Source of the DNA: an uncultured Oscillibacter sp.
GTDB lineage: Bacteria; Bacillota; Clostridia; Oscillospirales; Oscillospiraceae
Assembly: GCA_950097265.1 (NCBI GenBank)
Contig: CATNDJ010000009.1
Coordinates: forward strand, 758 to 64,757
Reading direction: 5' to 3'
Length of the DNA stretch: 64,000 bases
Positions 16,126-25,426 of this stretch are shown in pieces; the stretch's first letter is position 1; each line of letters begins with the position of its first letter. Under the pieces are notes generated by a model. The model had not been told where the DNA came from. It was given only the letters and a program-made list of their open reading frames with translations, and made no database searches. The position numbers were made by a program, and so were the translations under genes.

Positions 16126-16644
16126 ATGCTTTCTTTTTCCCTGAGACCCTGGCAGAAGACGGATGCGGAGTCTATCGCTATGGCGGCAGATAACCCGAAC
16201 ATTGCGGTAAACCTGCGAAACGTCTTCCCCTCTCCCTATACCCTGAAGGACGCGGAGTGGTTTGTGGGAGACTGCATCGCCCAGGGTGAGGCCCGGCGGC
16301 TCATGCGGGCCATCGTCATAGACGGAAGGGCCGCGGGCAGCGTCAGCGTCTCCGTCAAGGACGACGTGTACGAAAAATCCGCCGAGCTGGGCTACTGGCT
16401 GGCCGAGGAACATTGGGGCCGGGGCGTTATGACGGAGGCGGTGCGGCAGATCTGCCGGGAGGCTTTCAGCCGCTTTGACATCCTCCGCATTTTCGCGGAG
16501 CCCTTCGCGGACAACCTGGGCTCCCGGCGGGTACTGGAAAAAGCGGGCTTCACCTGCGAGGGAACCATGCGGAACGGGGTTTTCAAAAAGGGGCGGGTTG
16601 GCTCCTACTGTATGTATGCCCTTCTGCGGGGGGAACTGAAATAA
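16126..16644 (+). CDS. RimJ/RimL-family GNAT N-acetyltransferase
   Basis: AELGYWLAEEHWGRGVMTEAV, NLGSRRVLEKAGF. Confidence 0.9.
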   Translation: MLSFSLRPWQKTDAESIAMAADNPNIAVNLRNVFPSPYTLKDAEWFVGDCIAQGEARRLMRAIVIDGRAAGSVSVSVKDDVYEKSAELGYWLAEEHWGRGVMTEAVRQICREAFSRFDILRIFAEPFADNLGSRRVLEKAGFTCEGTMRNGVFKKGRVGSYCMYALLRGELK

Positions 16645-16656
16645 GCCCTCCCCTCT

Positions 16657-16683
16657 CACCTCCTGATTTGCGGCGCATACACT
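16657..16683 (+). promoter_or_regulatory. sigmaK-like sporulation promoter
   Basis: AC-16-CATACACT. Confidence 0.55.
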
Positions 16684-16734
16684 GGATTGAAAGGACCTTG
16701 TTCTTTCGCCAGCTACTTATTAGGAGGTATTGCA

Positions 16735-17568
16735 ATGCCCGAGAAAGTCATGCCCGGTCCCGTGGAGGACCTCAGCGGCATCCGAGAGGCAGTTTGCATT
16801 CATACACGGAAAGTGTACGATTCTTGCCGTGACAAAGACTGCATCGAGGACCTGCGTTTCTACCCCAAGCTTCAATATGTGGACGTCATCAACCGCGCCC
16901 TGTCCGTCAAGGGAGGCAGCGCCAAGCTGCTCTATGTCTACGTGGACGTGGAGCCCGTCAGCTTCAACCGGGGCTTCTACACCGTCGACATGCGCTTCTT
17001 CTACTCCGTCACCCTTCAAGCTTACCTGAGCTGTCCCGCCCCCGTCACCGTGGAGGGTCTGTGCGTCTTCGACAAGCGGGCCATCCTCTTCGGCAGCGAA
17101 GGAAACGCCAAAATCTTCTCCTCCGAGCTCCGCACCGGCGAACCGGATCTCCAGCTCACCAGCCGCTCCAATCTCCCCGTCGCCGTGGTCGAGGCCGTGG
17201 ATCCCATCGTCCTGGACGCCCGGATTATGGACTGCTGTGGCAAGCGGGACTGCGACTGCGAGCTGTGTGAGGTTCCCTCCTTTGTCAACAGCTGCTTCGA
17301 CGGGGAGCTCTCCAGTGGTGACGACAGCCGCCGCATTTACGTTACCCTGGGCCAGTTCTCCATCGTCCGCCTGGAGCGGGACTCCCAGCTCTTGGTTCCG
17401 GTGTACGACTACTGCATGCCCGACAAGGAGTGCGCCTGCGGCAGCGGAACCGAGGACCCCTGCGGCATCTTCCGCAACATTTCCTTCCCGGTGGGCGAGT
17501 TCTTCCCGCCCAACACCGTGCGGATGCCTGAGAACTACGAGGAATGCTGCTGCGCCTGCCGCAAATGA
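16735..17568 (+). CDS. Cys-rich conserved hypothetical protein, probable spore coat/exosporium component
   Basis: SD TAGGAGG; AVCIHTRKVYDSCRDKDC; Cys clusters DCCGKRDCDCELC, ECACG and ECCCACRK; sigmaK-like promoter. Confidence 0.7.
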   Translation: MPEKVMPGPVEDLSGIREAVCIHTRKVYDSCRDKDCIEDLRFYPKLQYVDVINRALSVKGGSAKLLYVYVDVEPVSFNRGFYTVDMRFFYSVTLQAYLSCPAPVTVEGLCVFDKRAILFGSEGNAKIFSSELRTGEPDLQLTSRSNLPVAVVEAVDPIVLDARIMDCCGKRDCDCELCEVPSFVNSCFDGELSSGDDSRRIYVTLGQFSIVRLERDSQLLVPVYDYCMPDKECACGSGTEDPCGIFRNISFPVGEFFPPNTVRMPENYEECCCACRK

Positions 17569-17572
17569 AATC

Positions 17573-17602
17573 AAGGACCGCCCCAATTCCGGGGCGGTCC
17601 TT
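17573..17602. terminator. Convergent terminator
   Basis: aaggaccgcccc / ggggcggtcctt 12-bp stem. Confidence 0.75.
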
Positions 17603-17607
17603 TCCGC

Positions 17608-18693
17608 TTACTCGTATTCCACCGTGCTGGTCTTGGGACTGATGATGCAGACGTAGCTGTTTCCCTGTCCTAACGCCAGGGAGCGGCCGTCCTCCAGCGT
17701 GTAGGAGAAGGCGCTGTCCCGGTCCTTCCGGTTCCAGCGGATGGGAACTGTCTTGCCGCCGCAGAAGAAAAGTCCCTCCCCCTCTCCGGTGGTCTGGACC
17801 CGGAGGCGGCCTACGTCGTCCAGAACAGCGGTGGAGGTTTTCAGCACCAATACGTTTACGGCGCTGACCTGGTCTCCCGTACTGCCGTCCACGTGCTCTT
17901 TTCCGTACTGGCCCACCAGGTATTTCCCCGCAGACTCGTCATAGTCAAAGGTTCCCGTCTTATAGGCGGAGAAACGGACCTTAATGTGCTCCGCCGTCTC
18001 CCCTGCCGCCGGGGTCCCGTCCTCCACGAATGCCTGGAGGTAATTCCAGCCGCTGCCGTGCTCCGTGGTAATCTTCCCCTTGGACAGGTACTCCAGAATC
18101 TTTTCCCCGGAAGTAATCAGGCTGTGCTCATAGCCATTGTTCTTTCTCCGGTCCGGGTCCCGCCAGAAGATCTTCGCATCCTCTCCGCCCCGGACACCGT
18201 CCATGTGGTCCACACCCCAGCTCCGCAGGTTGGAATACGCCTCCTGACTGCCCCCGGCGTGGACGTAGACTGCGTCATGCCCCAGGGCCAGCTCCACAAA
18301 ATAGGGCCGGGCGGAACGGACGCTGCCCAGGATGTCCACGCCCTCTACCGTCTGATAGAGGCACAGCATCCGGGTAATGCCGCCTTCCACCGGAACTTCA
18401 TAGATAATATCTGCCTGAGAGATGCCCAGCTGAGGCTGGGCCGCCTTCAGGTTGTTCAGCATAATGGCGATGGGCCGCAGATTCTCATACTCCGGCTCCA
18501 TAGGAAGGCCCGTCAGCGGATTGACGCCCGCCGGGACGTAAGGCTCGGGTTCCGGCTCCGGCTCGGGAGGCGGGGCGGGGTCCGTTTTCTCCGTGGGCTC
18601 CGGCTCCGGTTCAGGAGCAGACTTCTTCCCACAGCCCGCCAGGGCCATCATCATGCACGCCGCCAGTAAGATTGCCAGCGTCCTCTTTTTCAT
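17608..18693 (-). CDS. DUF3048-domain lipoprotein
   Basis: Lipobox LAGC, Pro/Glu linker, NPLTG, RPIAIMLNN, GISQADIIYE..VEGGITR, GSVRSARPYF. Confidence 0.88.
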   Translation of the reverse strand: MKKRTLAILLAACMMMALAGCGKKSAPEPEPEPTEKTDPAPPPEPEPEPEPYVPAGVNPLTGLPMEPEYENLRPIAIMLNNLKAAQPQLGISQADIIYEVPVEGGITRMLCLYQTVEGVDILGSVRSARPYFVELALGHDAVYVHAGGSQEAYSNLRSWGVDHMDGVRGGEDAKIFWRDPDRRKNNGYEHSLITSGEKILEYLSKGKITTEHGSGWNYLQAFVEDGTPAAGETAEHIKVRFSAYKTGTFDYDESAGKYLVGQYGKEHVDGSTGDQVSAVNVLVLKTSTAVLDDVGRLRVQTTGEGEGLFFCGGKTVPIRWNRKDRDSAFSYTLEDGRSLALGQGNSYVCIISPKTSTVEYE

Positions 18694-18809
18694 CTTGCCG
18701 CCGCCTTTCTCGTTTAGAACTGTCCCTATGATACCAATGTCGGCGGGAACCGTCAAGGTGCTTTCCGGTAAATTTCGACAAATTTCCGCCTCAGGTTCTC
18801 CGGGCAGAC

Positions 18810-18838
18810 TTGTGTTTTTCCCTCCGGCGGAGTATAAT
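18810..18838 (+). promoter_or_regulatory. sigmaA-like promoter of the DUF4364 gene
   Basis: TTGTGT-17-TATAAT. Confidence 0.55.
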
Positions 18839-18891
18839 AAGAAATAGAAATTCCCGCTTTTTGAGCGGAAACCGGAGAGGAGGCCGGTCAC

Positions 18892-19416
18892 ATGCCGGGT
18901 TTCATCCAGGACAAGCTGGAAATCAAATTTCTCATCCTCTACATCACCGCCAGGGTCGAGGAACCGGCGCCCTTTGACACCATCCTGGACCTGACCCTTT
19001 GCGACGACGCCATCGACTACTTCGATTTTTCCGAGTGCCTGGCCGACCTGGTCCGCACGGAGCACCTGGCTATAGACCGGAATGGCCTCTACGTCCTGAC
19101 GGACAAAGGCCGCCGGAACGGCGCCGCCTGTGAATCCAGCCTCCCCTATTCCGTCCGCCGGCGCTGCGACAAAAATCTGGAGGAGTGGAATCGGAAGCTC
19201 CGCCGCCAGCGGCAGGTGAAAGCCGCCGTCGAGCAGCGGCCCAACGGCACCTATACGGCGCGCTTTCAGCTGTCCGACGACAAGGGCGGCGTCATGGATT
19301 TGAAGCTGATGATGGTGGACCAGGACCAGGCCAAGGCGGCGGCAAAACGCTTCCGGGAAGCGCCGGAAAAGTTCTATGGCCAAATTATTCAGCTGTTCTT
19401 ATCCCAAGACCCATAA
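18892..19416 (+). CDS. DUF4364-family protein
   Basis: KFLILYI, IDYFDFSECLADL, wHTH-like N-terminus, LPYSVR. Confidence 0.8.
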   Translation: MPGFIQDKLEIKFLILYITARVEEPAPFDTILDLTLCDDAIDYFDFSECLADLVRTEHLAIDRNGLYVLTDKGRRNGAACESSLPYSVRRRCDKNLEEWNRKLRRQRQVKAAVEQRPNGTYTARFQLSDDKGGVMDLKLMMVDQDQAKAAAKRFREAPEKFYGQIIQLFLSQDP

Positions 19417-19454
19417 AAAGCGCGGGTACGGAGTCCCTCCGTACCCGCGCTTTT
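19416..19454. terminator. Bidirectional terminator
   Basis: aaaagcgcgggtacggag / ctccgtacccgcgctttt. Confidence 0.85.
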
Positions 19455-22400
19455 ATTTGACGACCACATTTTCATCCCCCAGGATCTCCCTGGCCTCCTG
19501 GATCAGGGCTCTGTGGAGCATCGCCCGGGTGCCGTAGACCTTCCGGGTGTCCGCCATGACCATTTTCACCTGGGCGTCGCCGGGGAACATGGTAAACACC
19601 AGCTTCATATGACGGAGGGAGGGGTGGTCCAGGGATGGAAATTTCAGATACAGCGTCTCCCCCTGCACCAGCTTACCGGCCTTGGCCGCAGGGGGCGGGG
19701 GCGGGGCGCCGCCCTCCGCCGTCTCCAGGGGATAGGCGGTATCGCACATCAGTTGGGGCGCCTTTTCATCCCGGACGGACAGCTTGCCCTTCACAACCAC
19801 GGCCTGATTCTCCCGGAGGTAGGGCCCGCAGACATCCAGCGTCCGGCTGAAACATAGCATCTCGATGGAGCCGGTCTCGTCCTCCACCACCACATAGGCC
19901 ATGAGGCTGTTGTTTTTCGTGGTTTTGGTCTTGCTGGAGGTTACCACCCCCGCCAGGGTCAGATACTGCCCGTCGGCAAAGCGGGTGGGGCCGTTCTCCT
20001 GGGCAAAGTCTTCCAGCACTTTTCCAATCTGGGGGACCCGCAGCCGCCGCACGATATCCCGGTAGGCGTCCATAGGATGGCCGGAGAGATAGAGTCCGGT
20101 AGTCTCCTTCTCCATGGTCATCCGCTCCTGTGCGGTAAACTCCGGGACGTCCGGCAGGTGGACATCTTCCGCCGCCTGAGAAGAACGGGACATGCCGAAG
20201 ATATCCAGCTGCCCCTCCAGGTTCTGCCGCTGGCGGGCGGCGGCGGCATCCAGCACCTTCTCATAGACCCGGACCAGCTGGGACCGCCGGGCCCCCGTGG
20301 AGTCGAAGGCCCCGGCCCGGATCAGATTTTCCAGCGCCCGCTTGTTCATATCGCTGCCCGCCATGCGGCGGCAGAAGTCGGGCAGGGACCGGAAGGGCCC
20401 GGCCTCCTCCCGCTCCTTCATCACGGCCTGGATAAAGCCCCGTCCGATGTTCTTGATGGCCACCAGCCCAAAGCGGATGCCCCCCTCTTCCACAGTGAAG
20501 CGGTCCAGGGAGCGGTTGATATCCGGGGGCAGCAGGGCGATGCCGCAGTCCCGGCACTCGTTGATATAGCCCGCCACCTTGTCGGAGTTATCCAGCACGG
20601 AGGTCAAAAGCGCCGCCATGTATTCCCGGGTGTAGCGGCACTTGAAATAGGCCGTCTGATAGGCCACCACAGCATAGCTGACGGCGTGGGCCTTGTTGAA
20701 GGCGTAGTTGGCAAAATCATAGATTTCCTGGTAAATGGCCTCCGCCGTGGCCTCCGGGATACCGTTCGCCACACAGCCGGAGATGCCCCGGCCGGGGTCG
20801 CCGTGGAGAAACGCTTCCCGCTCCTTCTCAATGTCTTTGGCCTTTTTCTTGCTCATGGCCCGGCGGACCATATCCGCCTGCCCCAGGGAGTAGCCCGCCA
20901 AATCCTGGAAGATCTTGATAACCTGTTCCTGATATACGATACAGCCGTAAGTGACGGACAAAATGGGCTCCAGGGAGGGATGGCGGTACTTGATGAGCTT
21001 CGGATCCTGCTTACAGGCGATGAATCGGGGAATAGAATCCATGGGCCCGGGACGGTAGAGGGCGATGATGGCGGTGAGGTCCTCGATATTCTGGGGCTTC
21101 AGTCCCACGCAGACCCCGGTCATGCCGGTGGACTCCATCTGGAACACGCCGGACGTCTTTCCCGCTGCCAGCATCTCATAAGTCTCCGGGTCCTCCTCCG
21201 GAATGTCTGCCAAGCGGAAGTCCGGCTGGTGCTCCTTGAGAAGCTGCACCGCGTCTTCCAGCACCGTCAGATTTCGGAGGGCCAGAAAGTCCATTTTCAG
21301 CAGGCCCAGCTCCTCCAGCGTCACCATGCCATATTGGCAGACCACGATGTCGTCGTTTTTCGCCAGGGGCACGTACTCATAGACCGGCCGCTTGGTGATG
21401 ACCACCCCGGCAGCGTGGGTAGAGGCGTTCCGGGGCATGCCCTCCAGCATCTGAGCCGTGTCGATGAGGCGCTTGACCGTCTCGTCGCCGTTATAGAGGT
21501 CGCTGAGGGATTTCGTCAGCCGCAGGGCGTCCGCCAGGGTGATGTGGGCTCCGGGGGGATTGGGAATCTGCTTGGCGATCTGGTCCACCTCGGCATAGGG
21601 CAGGTTCATCACCCGGCCCACATCCCGGACCACGCCCCGGGCGGCCATGGTGCCGAAGGTAACGATTTGGGCCACGTGGTCCTCCCCGTACTTCCGGCGG
21701 ACGTACTCGATGACCTCCCCCCTTCGGGTGTCGCCGAAGTCCATGTCGATATCCGGCATGCTCACCCGTTCCGGGTTCAGGAAGCGCTCAAAGTAGAGCC
21801 CGTATTTTACCGGGTCGATGTCCGTGATATAGAGACAGTAGCTGACCATGGAGCCCGCGGCGCTGCCCCGGCCCGGCCCCACGGGGATGCCCACGCTTCG
21901 GGCGTAGCGGACAAAGTCCGAGACGATGAGAAAATAATCCGTAAATCCCATCTTCTCAATCATGTCCTGCTCATATTGGAGCTGCCCCCGGTGGGCGTCG
22001 TCCTCGCCGTAACGGTCCCGGTAGCCCTGGTCGCAGAGCTCTTTTAAATAGGAGAAGCTGTCGTAGCCCGGGGGAAGCTGAAACTCCGGCAGGTGGTACT
22101 TCCCGAAGGTAAAGTCCATGCTGCACATGTCCGCCACTTTCGCTGTGTTCTCCAGGGCCCCCTCGTAACCGGAGAACAGCTCCGCCATCTCCGCCTCGCT
22201 GCGAAGGTAGAAATTCCGGGGCTCGTAGCGCATCCGGTTCTCGTCGTCCAGGGTCTTTCCCGTCTGGATGCACAGGAGCACGTCGTGGGCTTCCGCGTCC
22301 TCCTTCCGGAGATAGTGGGCGTCGTTGGTGCAGGCCATGGGCAGGCCCGTCTCCTCATGGATGCGGAGCAGCCCGCGGTTGACCAGCGCCTGATCCTGGA

Positions 22401-22941
22401 TGCCGTGGTCCTGGAGCTCCAGATAGAAGTGGTCCGGGCCGAAAATTTCCGACATTTCCAGGGCATAGCGCTTGGCGTTCTCGTACTCCCCGTTCCGCAG
22501 CCGCCTGGGAATCTCCCCCGCCAGGCACGCGGACAGGGCCACCAGGCCCCGGCTGTGTTCCCGCAGCAGCTCCAGGTCGATCCGGGGCTTGATGTAAAAG
22601 CCCTCGGTCCAGGCCAGGGAGACCATGTAGGAGAGGTTGCGGTAGCCCTCCTCATTTTCGCAGAGGAGCACCAGGTGGCGGCTCTCGGAGTCGAACTCGT
22701 GGACCTTGTCGGTGAGCCTCCGGCCCTCCGCCGTTACATAGACCTCGCAGCCGATGATGGGCTTAATTCCCTCCGCCTTGCAGGCCCGGTAGAAGTCCAC
22801 CGCGCCGTACATGACCCCGTGATCCGTGACGGCGCAGGCGGTCTGGCCCAGGTCTTTTACGATTTTCGGCAGGTCCCGGATCCGGCATGCGCCGTCCAGA
22901 AGGCTGTATTCCGTATGGACATGGAGGTGGACGAAGGACAT
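19453..22941 (-). CDS. dnaE: DNA polymerase III alpha subunit
   Basis: FVHLHVHTEYSLLDG, GPGRGSAAGS, PDIDMDF, YAFNKAHA. Confidence 0.98.
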   Translation of the reverse strand: MSFVHLHVHTEYSLLDGACRIRDLPKIVKDLGQTACAVTDHGVMYGAVDFYRACKAEGIKPIIGCEVYVTAEGRRLTDKVHEFDSESRHLVLLCENEEGYRNLSYMVSLAWTEGFYIKPRIDLELLREHSRGLVALSACLAGEIPRRLRNGEYENAKRYALEMSEIFGPDHFYLELQDHGIQDQALVNRGLLRIHEETGLPMACTNDAHYLRKEDAEAHDVLLCIQTGKTLDDENRMRYEPRNFYLRSEAEMAELFSGYEGALENTAKVADMCSMDFTFGKYHLPEFQLPPGYDSFSYLKELCDQGYRDRYGEDDAHRGQLQYEQDMIEKMGFTDYFLIVSDFVRYARSVGIPVGPGRGSAAGSMVSYCLYITDIDPVKYGLYFERFLNPERVSMPDIDMDFGDTRRGEVIEYVRRKYGEDHVAQIVTFGTMAARGVVRDVGRVMNLPYAEVDQIAKQIPNPPGAHITLADALRLTKSLSDLYNGDETVKRLIDTAQMLEGMPRNASTHAAGVVITKRPVYEYVPLAKNDDIVVCQYGMVTLEELGLLKMDFLALRNLTVLEDAVQLLKEHQPDFRLADIPEEDPETYEMLAAGKTSGVFQMESTGMTGVCVGLKPQNIEDLTAIIALYRPGPMDSIPRFIACKQDPKLIKYRHPSLEPILSVTYGCIVYQEQVIKIFQDLAGYSLGQADMVRRAMSKKKAKDIEKEREAFLHGDPGRGISGCVANGIPEATAEAIYQEIYDFANYAFNKAHAVSYAVVAYQTAYFKCRYTREYMAALLTSVLDNSDKVAGYINECRDCGIALLPPDINRSLDRFTVEEGGIRFGLVAIKNIGRGFIQAVMKEREEAGPFRSLPDFCRRMAGSDMNKRALENLIRAGAFDSTGARRSQLVRVYEKVLDAAAARQRQNLEGQLDIFGMSRSSQAAEDVHLPDVPEFTAQERMTMEKETTGLYLSGHPMDAYRDIVRRLRVPQIGKVLEDFAQENGPTRFADGQYLTLAGVVTSSKTKTTKNNSLMAYVVVEDETGSIEMLCFSRTLDVCGPYLRENQAVVVKGKLSVRDEKAPQLMCDTAYPLETAEGGAPPPPPAAKAGKLVQGETLYLKFPSLDHPSLRHMKLVFTMFPGDAQVKMVMADTRKVYGTRAMLHRALIQEAREILGDENVVVK

Positions 22942-22967
22942 GGCGCCTCCCCCTTTCTATCTTGTCT

Positions 22968-23411
22968 TTATTGCTCAGCCGGTTTCATCCGAAGGGCCAG
23001 CAGGGCCTTGATATCCTCCAAAACCTCCGAAGAGGTCAGGTCGATCATCAGCCAGCGCCCCATTTTCGAAGACGCCGTGTTCCGGTAGAGCGCCCGGGTA
23101 TCCTCCGTACAGGTCAAAAGCACTCCCTCCGCGGCCAACTCATCCTTGGGCGCAATGGAAATCATCGCCGTCACATAGCCTGGCCGGAGGTATACGGTGG
23201 TCAGGGCCTTGCTCCCCTTCTTGAATTTCACGTTCCATCCCGGCTCCAGGCCGCAGCGGCTGTACTCCGTCCGGGGCTCCGCGCCGTAGGCGTCCTTTAA
23301 ATACTGCCGGAGCTCCGGCCAGAGGGGGTTGTCCGCGTAACGGTCCATCTCCTCCAAGGAGGGCTGGCGGTCCATCGGGAACCGCTGGGCCCACGTCATG
23401 TTGTCAGGCAT
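22968..23411 (-). CDS. DUF3788-family protein
   Basis: YSRCGLEPGWNVKFKKGSKALTTVY, GRWLMIDL. Confidence 0.75.
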   Translation of the reverse strand: MPDNMTWAQRFPMDRQPSLEEMDRYADNPLWPELRQYLKDAYGAEPRTEYSRCGLEPGWNVKFKKGSKALTTVYLRPGYVTAMISIAPKDELAAEGVLLTCTEDTRALYRNTASSKMGRWLMIDLTSSEVLEDIKALLALRMKPAEQ

Positions 23412-23431
23412 AAATTTCCTTTCTCCTTGTC

Positions 23432-24337
23432 TCAAAGTCCTTCCGCCAGCTCCACCAGCTTCCGCAGCCGGTGATTCAGGCAGGATTTTGTCACCGGCGG
23501 GTCAAACTGCTCCGCCAGCTCAGAAAGGCTCAGCTCCGGGTGGGCCAGCCGCAGGGCCGCCGTCTCCTGGAGCTTGTCCGGCAGATCCTTGAGCCGCCCC
23601 GACATCTCCAGCTTTCGGATGGCGGCCCCCTGGCTCTGGGCGGCCTCCACCGCCTTGTCTAAGTTGGCGCTGTCACAGTTCAGCCGCCGGTTCACACTGT
23701 TGCGGATGCCCTTTTCCACTTTGGTGGACATGATGCGCATGGCCGCCGCCGGCGCGCCGATGAGGGTGAGGAAGTCCTCAATTTGGTCGCTCTGTTTAAA
23801 GTAGGTGACGGCGCTGCCGTTCCGGGTCACGCTTTTGGGAGGATAGCCGCTCTCCCGCAGCAGCACCTCCAATTCCCGGCTGGCCTGGAGGTGGGAGCTG
23901 GTCAGCTCCAAATGATAGCGCTTGGCGGGGTCCGTGATGCTCCCCCCGGCAAAGAAACAGCCCCGGAGGAAGGAGGCCCGGCAGCAGTCCTCCTCCAGCA
24001 TGGCGAAATTGATGTGAAGGGCCAGGCTCTGCCGGGGGGCGTAACCCAGGAGGTCGATGATATGGTCCAGCTTCTCCCGCTCCTTGATTTGAAAGACCAT
24101 TTTCCCCCCCTCTCCCCGGTCCGGGTCCGGCTGGCGGTCGAACCGGAGGTCGAAGGCCCGCTGAAAAAGCCGGGGCAGCCGGACGGCAAAATTGGGATTT
24201 TCCGTAATGATCCGAACCTCGGAGGAGCTGAAGGTGTGGCAGTAAAGCAGGATGCCGTACGCCTCCGCCTGGGCGCAGCAGCGCCGCTGAATCGGCAGTC
24301 TGCACAGCTCATTTTTCGTATCAAAGGAAAAGGACAC
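23432..24337 (-). CDS. whiA: WhiA DNA-binding protein
   Basis: SFLRGCFFAGGSITDP..YHLE, NRRLNCDSANL, KSCLNHRLRKL; GTG 24337 fits the SD best. Confidence 0.95.
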   Translation of the reverse strand: MSFSFDTKNELCRLPIQRRCCAQAEAYGILLYCHTFSSSEVRIITENPNFAVRLPRLFQRAFDLRFDRQPDPDRGEGGKMVFQIKEREKLDHIIDLLGYAPRQSLALHINFAMLEEDCCRASFLRGCFFAGGSITDPAKRYHLELTSSHLQASRELEVLLRESGYPPKSVTRNGSAVTYFKQSDQIEDFLTLIGAPAAAMRIMSTKVEKGIRNSVNRRLNCDSANLDKAVEAAQSQGAAIRKLEMSGRLKDLPDKLQETAALRLAHPELSLSELAEQFDPPVTKSCLNHRLRKLVELAEGL

Positions 24338-24381
24338 CGGCAAAACCTCCTCAGCGGCAGTCTATGTAAAGGAAATAACCA

Positions 24382-25410
24382 TTACTCCGTTCGATAGCGT
24401 CCCCCGGCAATGCGGACGTTCCGTTCCGCATGGAGGAGAATCAGTTCCTGGGCCAGCTTGTCGGGATGGTGGCGGACATAACCGTCCTGCACCATGACGA
24501 TGGGACGGCTGACCAGTTCCACCCCCAGGGCGGCGCAGCGCTCCTTGTCATAGCGCAGCAGCTCCGCCCCCTCCTGGGCGTAGCGCTCCGCCGCATCCTG
24601 AGGAATGGGAGAGGAGTTCACCAGGCTCAGGTGGAACAGCCCCGGCACCGAGTGCTTAAACAGGGCCGCGATATGGTCTGAGGCGGTGTAACCCTCCGTT
24701 TCCCCCTCCTGGGTCATGACGTTGCAGACATAGATCTTTAATGCGGAGGATTCCTGGATGGCGTCCACGATGCCGTCCACCAGCAGGTTTGGAATGATGC
24801 TGGTGTAGAGGCTCCCGGGCCCCAGGACAATCATGTCCGCCTCCCGGATGGCGGCCAGGGCCTCCGGCAGGGCCTTGGGATGCTCCGGCAGCAGCCGCAC
24901 TTTGGTAATACGGCAGTCTTCCTTCTTCTTGCAGTGGAAAATTTTGGACTCCCCGATGACGCTGGCTCCGTTTTCAAACTCCGCCTCCAGCTGCACGTCG
25001 GCGGTGGTCACGGGCAGCACCCGGCCGGTGATGGCCAAGACCTCGCTCATCCGGCGCACCGCCGTATCGAAGCTGGGGGAAATGCCGTTCAGCGCCGCCA
25101 GGAAGAGGTTTCCAAAGCTCTGTCCCGCCAGGGTCCCCTCCTGAAAACGGTAGTCCATCATCTGCTTCATCAGCGGCTCTGTATTGGCCAAAGCTACCAG
25201 GCAGTTGCGGATGTCTCCCGGCGGGGGCATTCCCAAATCCTGGCGCAGCGCGCCGGAGCCGCCGCCGTCGTCCGCCACTGTGACGATGGCGGAGAGATTT
25301 TCCGTGTAGTCCTTCAAGCCCCGCAGCATGTTGGACAGGCCGTGTCCGCCGCCGATGACGGCGATGCGGGGCCCGTGCTTCCGGGGCGCGCGGTAAGGCC
25401 GGTATTCCAT
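24382..25410 (-). CDS. yvcK: Gluconeogenesis factor YvcK (GlmR)
   Basis: GGGHGLS, TVADDGGGSG, PPGDIRN, GPGSLYTS. Confidence 0.93.
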   Translation of the reverse strand: MEYRPYRAPRKHGPRIAVIGGGHGLSNMLRGLKDYTENLSAIVTVADDGGGSGALRQDLGMPPPGDIRNCLVALANTEPLMKQMMDYRFQEGTLAGQSFGNLFLAALNGISPSFDTAVRRMSEVLAITGRVLPVTTADVQLEAEFENGASVIGESKIFHCKKKEDCRITKVRLLPEHPKALPEALAAIREADMIVLGPGSLYTSIIPNLLVDGIVDAIQESSALKIYVCNVMTQEGETEGYTASDHIAALFKHSVPGLFHLSLVNSSPIPQDAAERYAQEGAELLRYDKERCAALGVELVSRPIVMVQDGYVRHHPDKLAQELILLHAERNVRIAGGRYRTE

Positions 25411-25426
25411 AGAGCTCCTTTCCGCC

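Noticed and set aside
18694-19383. N-terminal extension of the DUF3048 ORF to 591 aa
   Set aside because: Overlaps DUF4364 on the other strand; the lipoprotein signal begins at ATG 18693
20077-22047. 656-aa plus-strand ORF, and similar long ORFs at 26434-27924, 40993-42765, 47732-49216 and 62154-63623
   Set aside because: Antisense shadows of clear housekeeping genes, expected at high GC3; no motifs or SD
19453-22941. Intein or frameshift in dnaE
   Set aside because: The 1162-aa length is normal and the motifs are continuous
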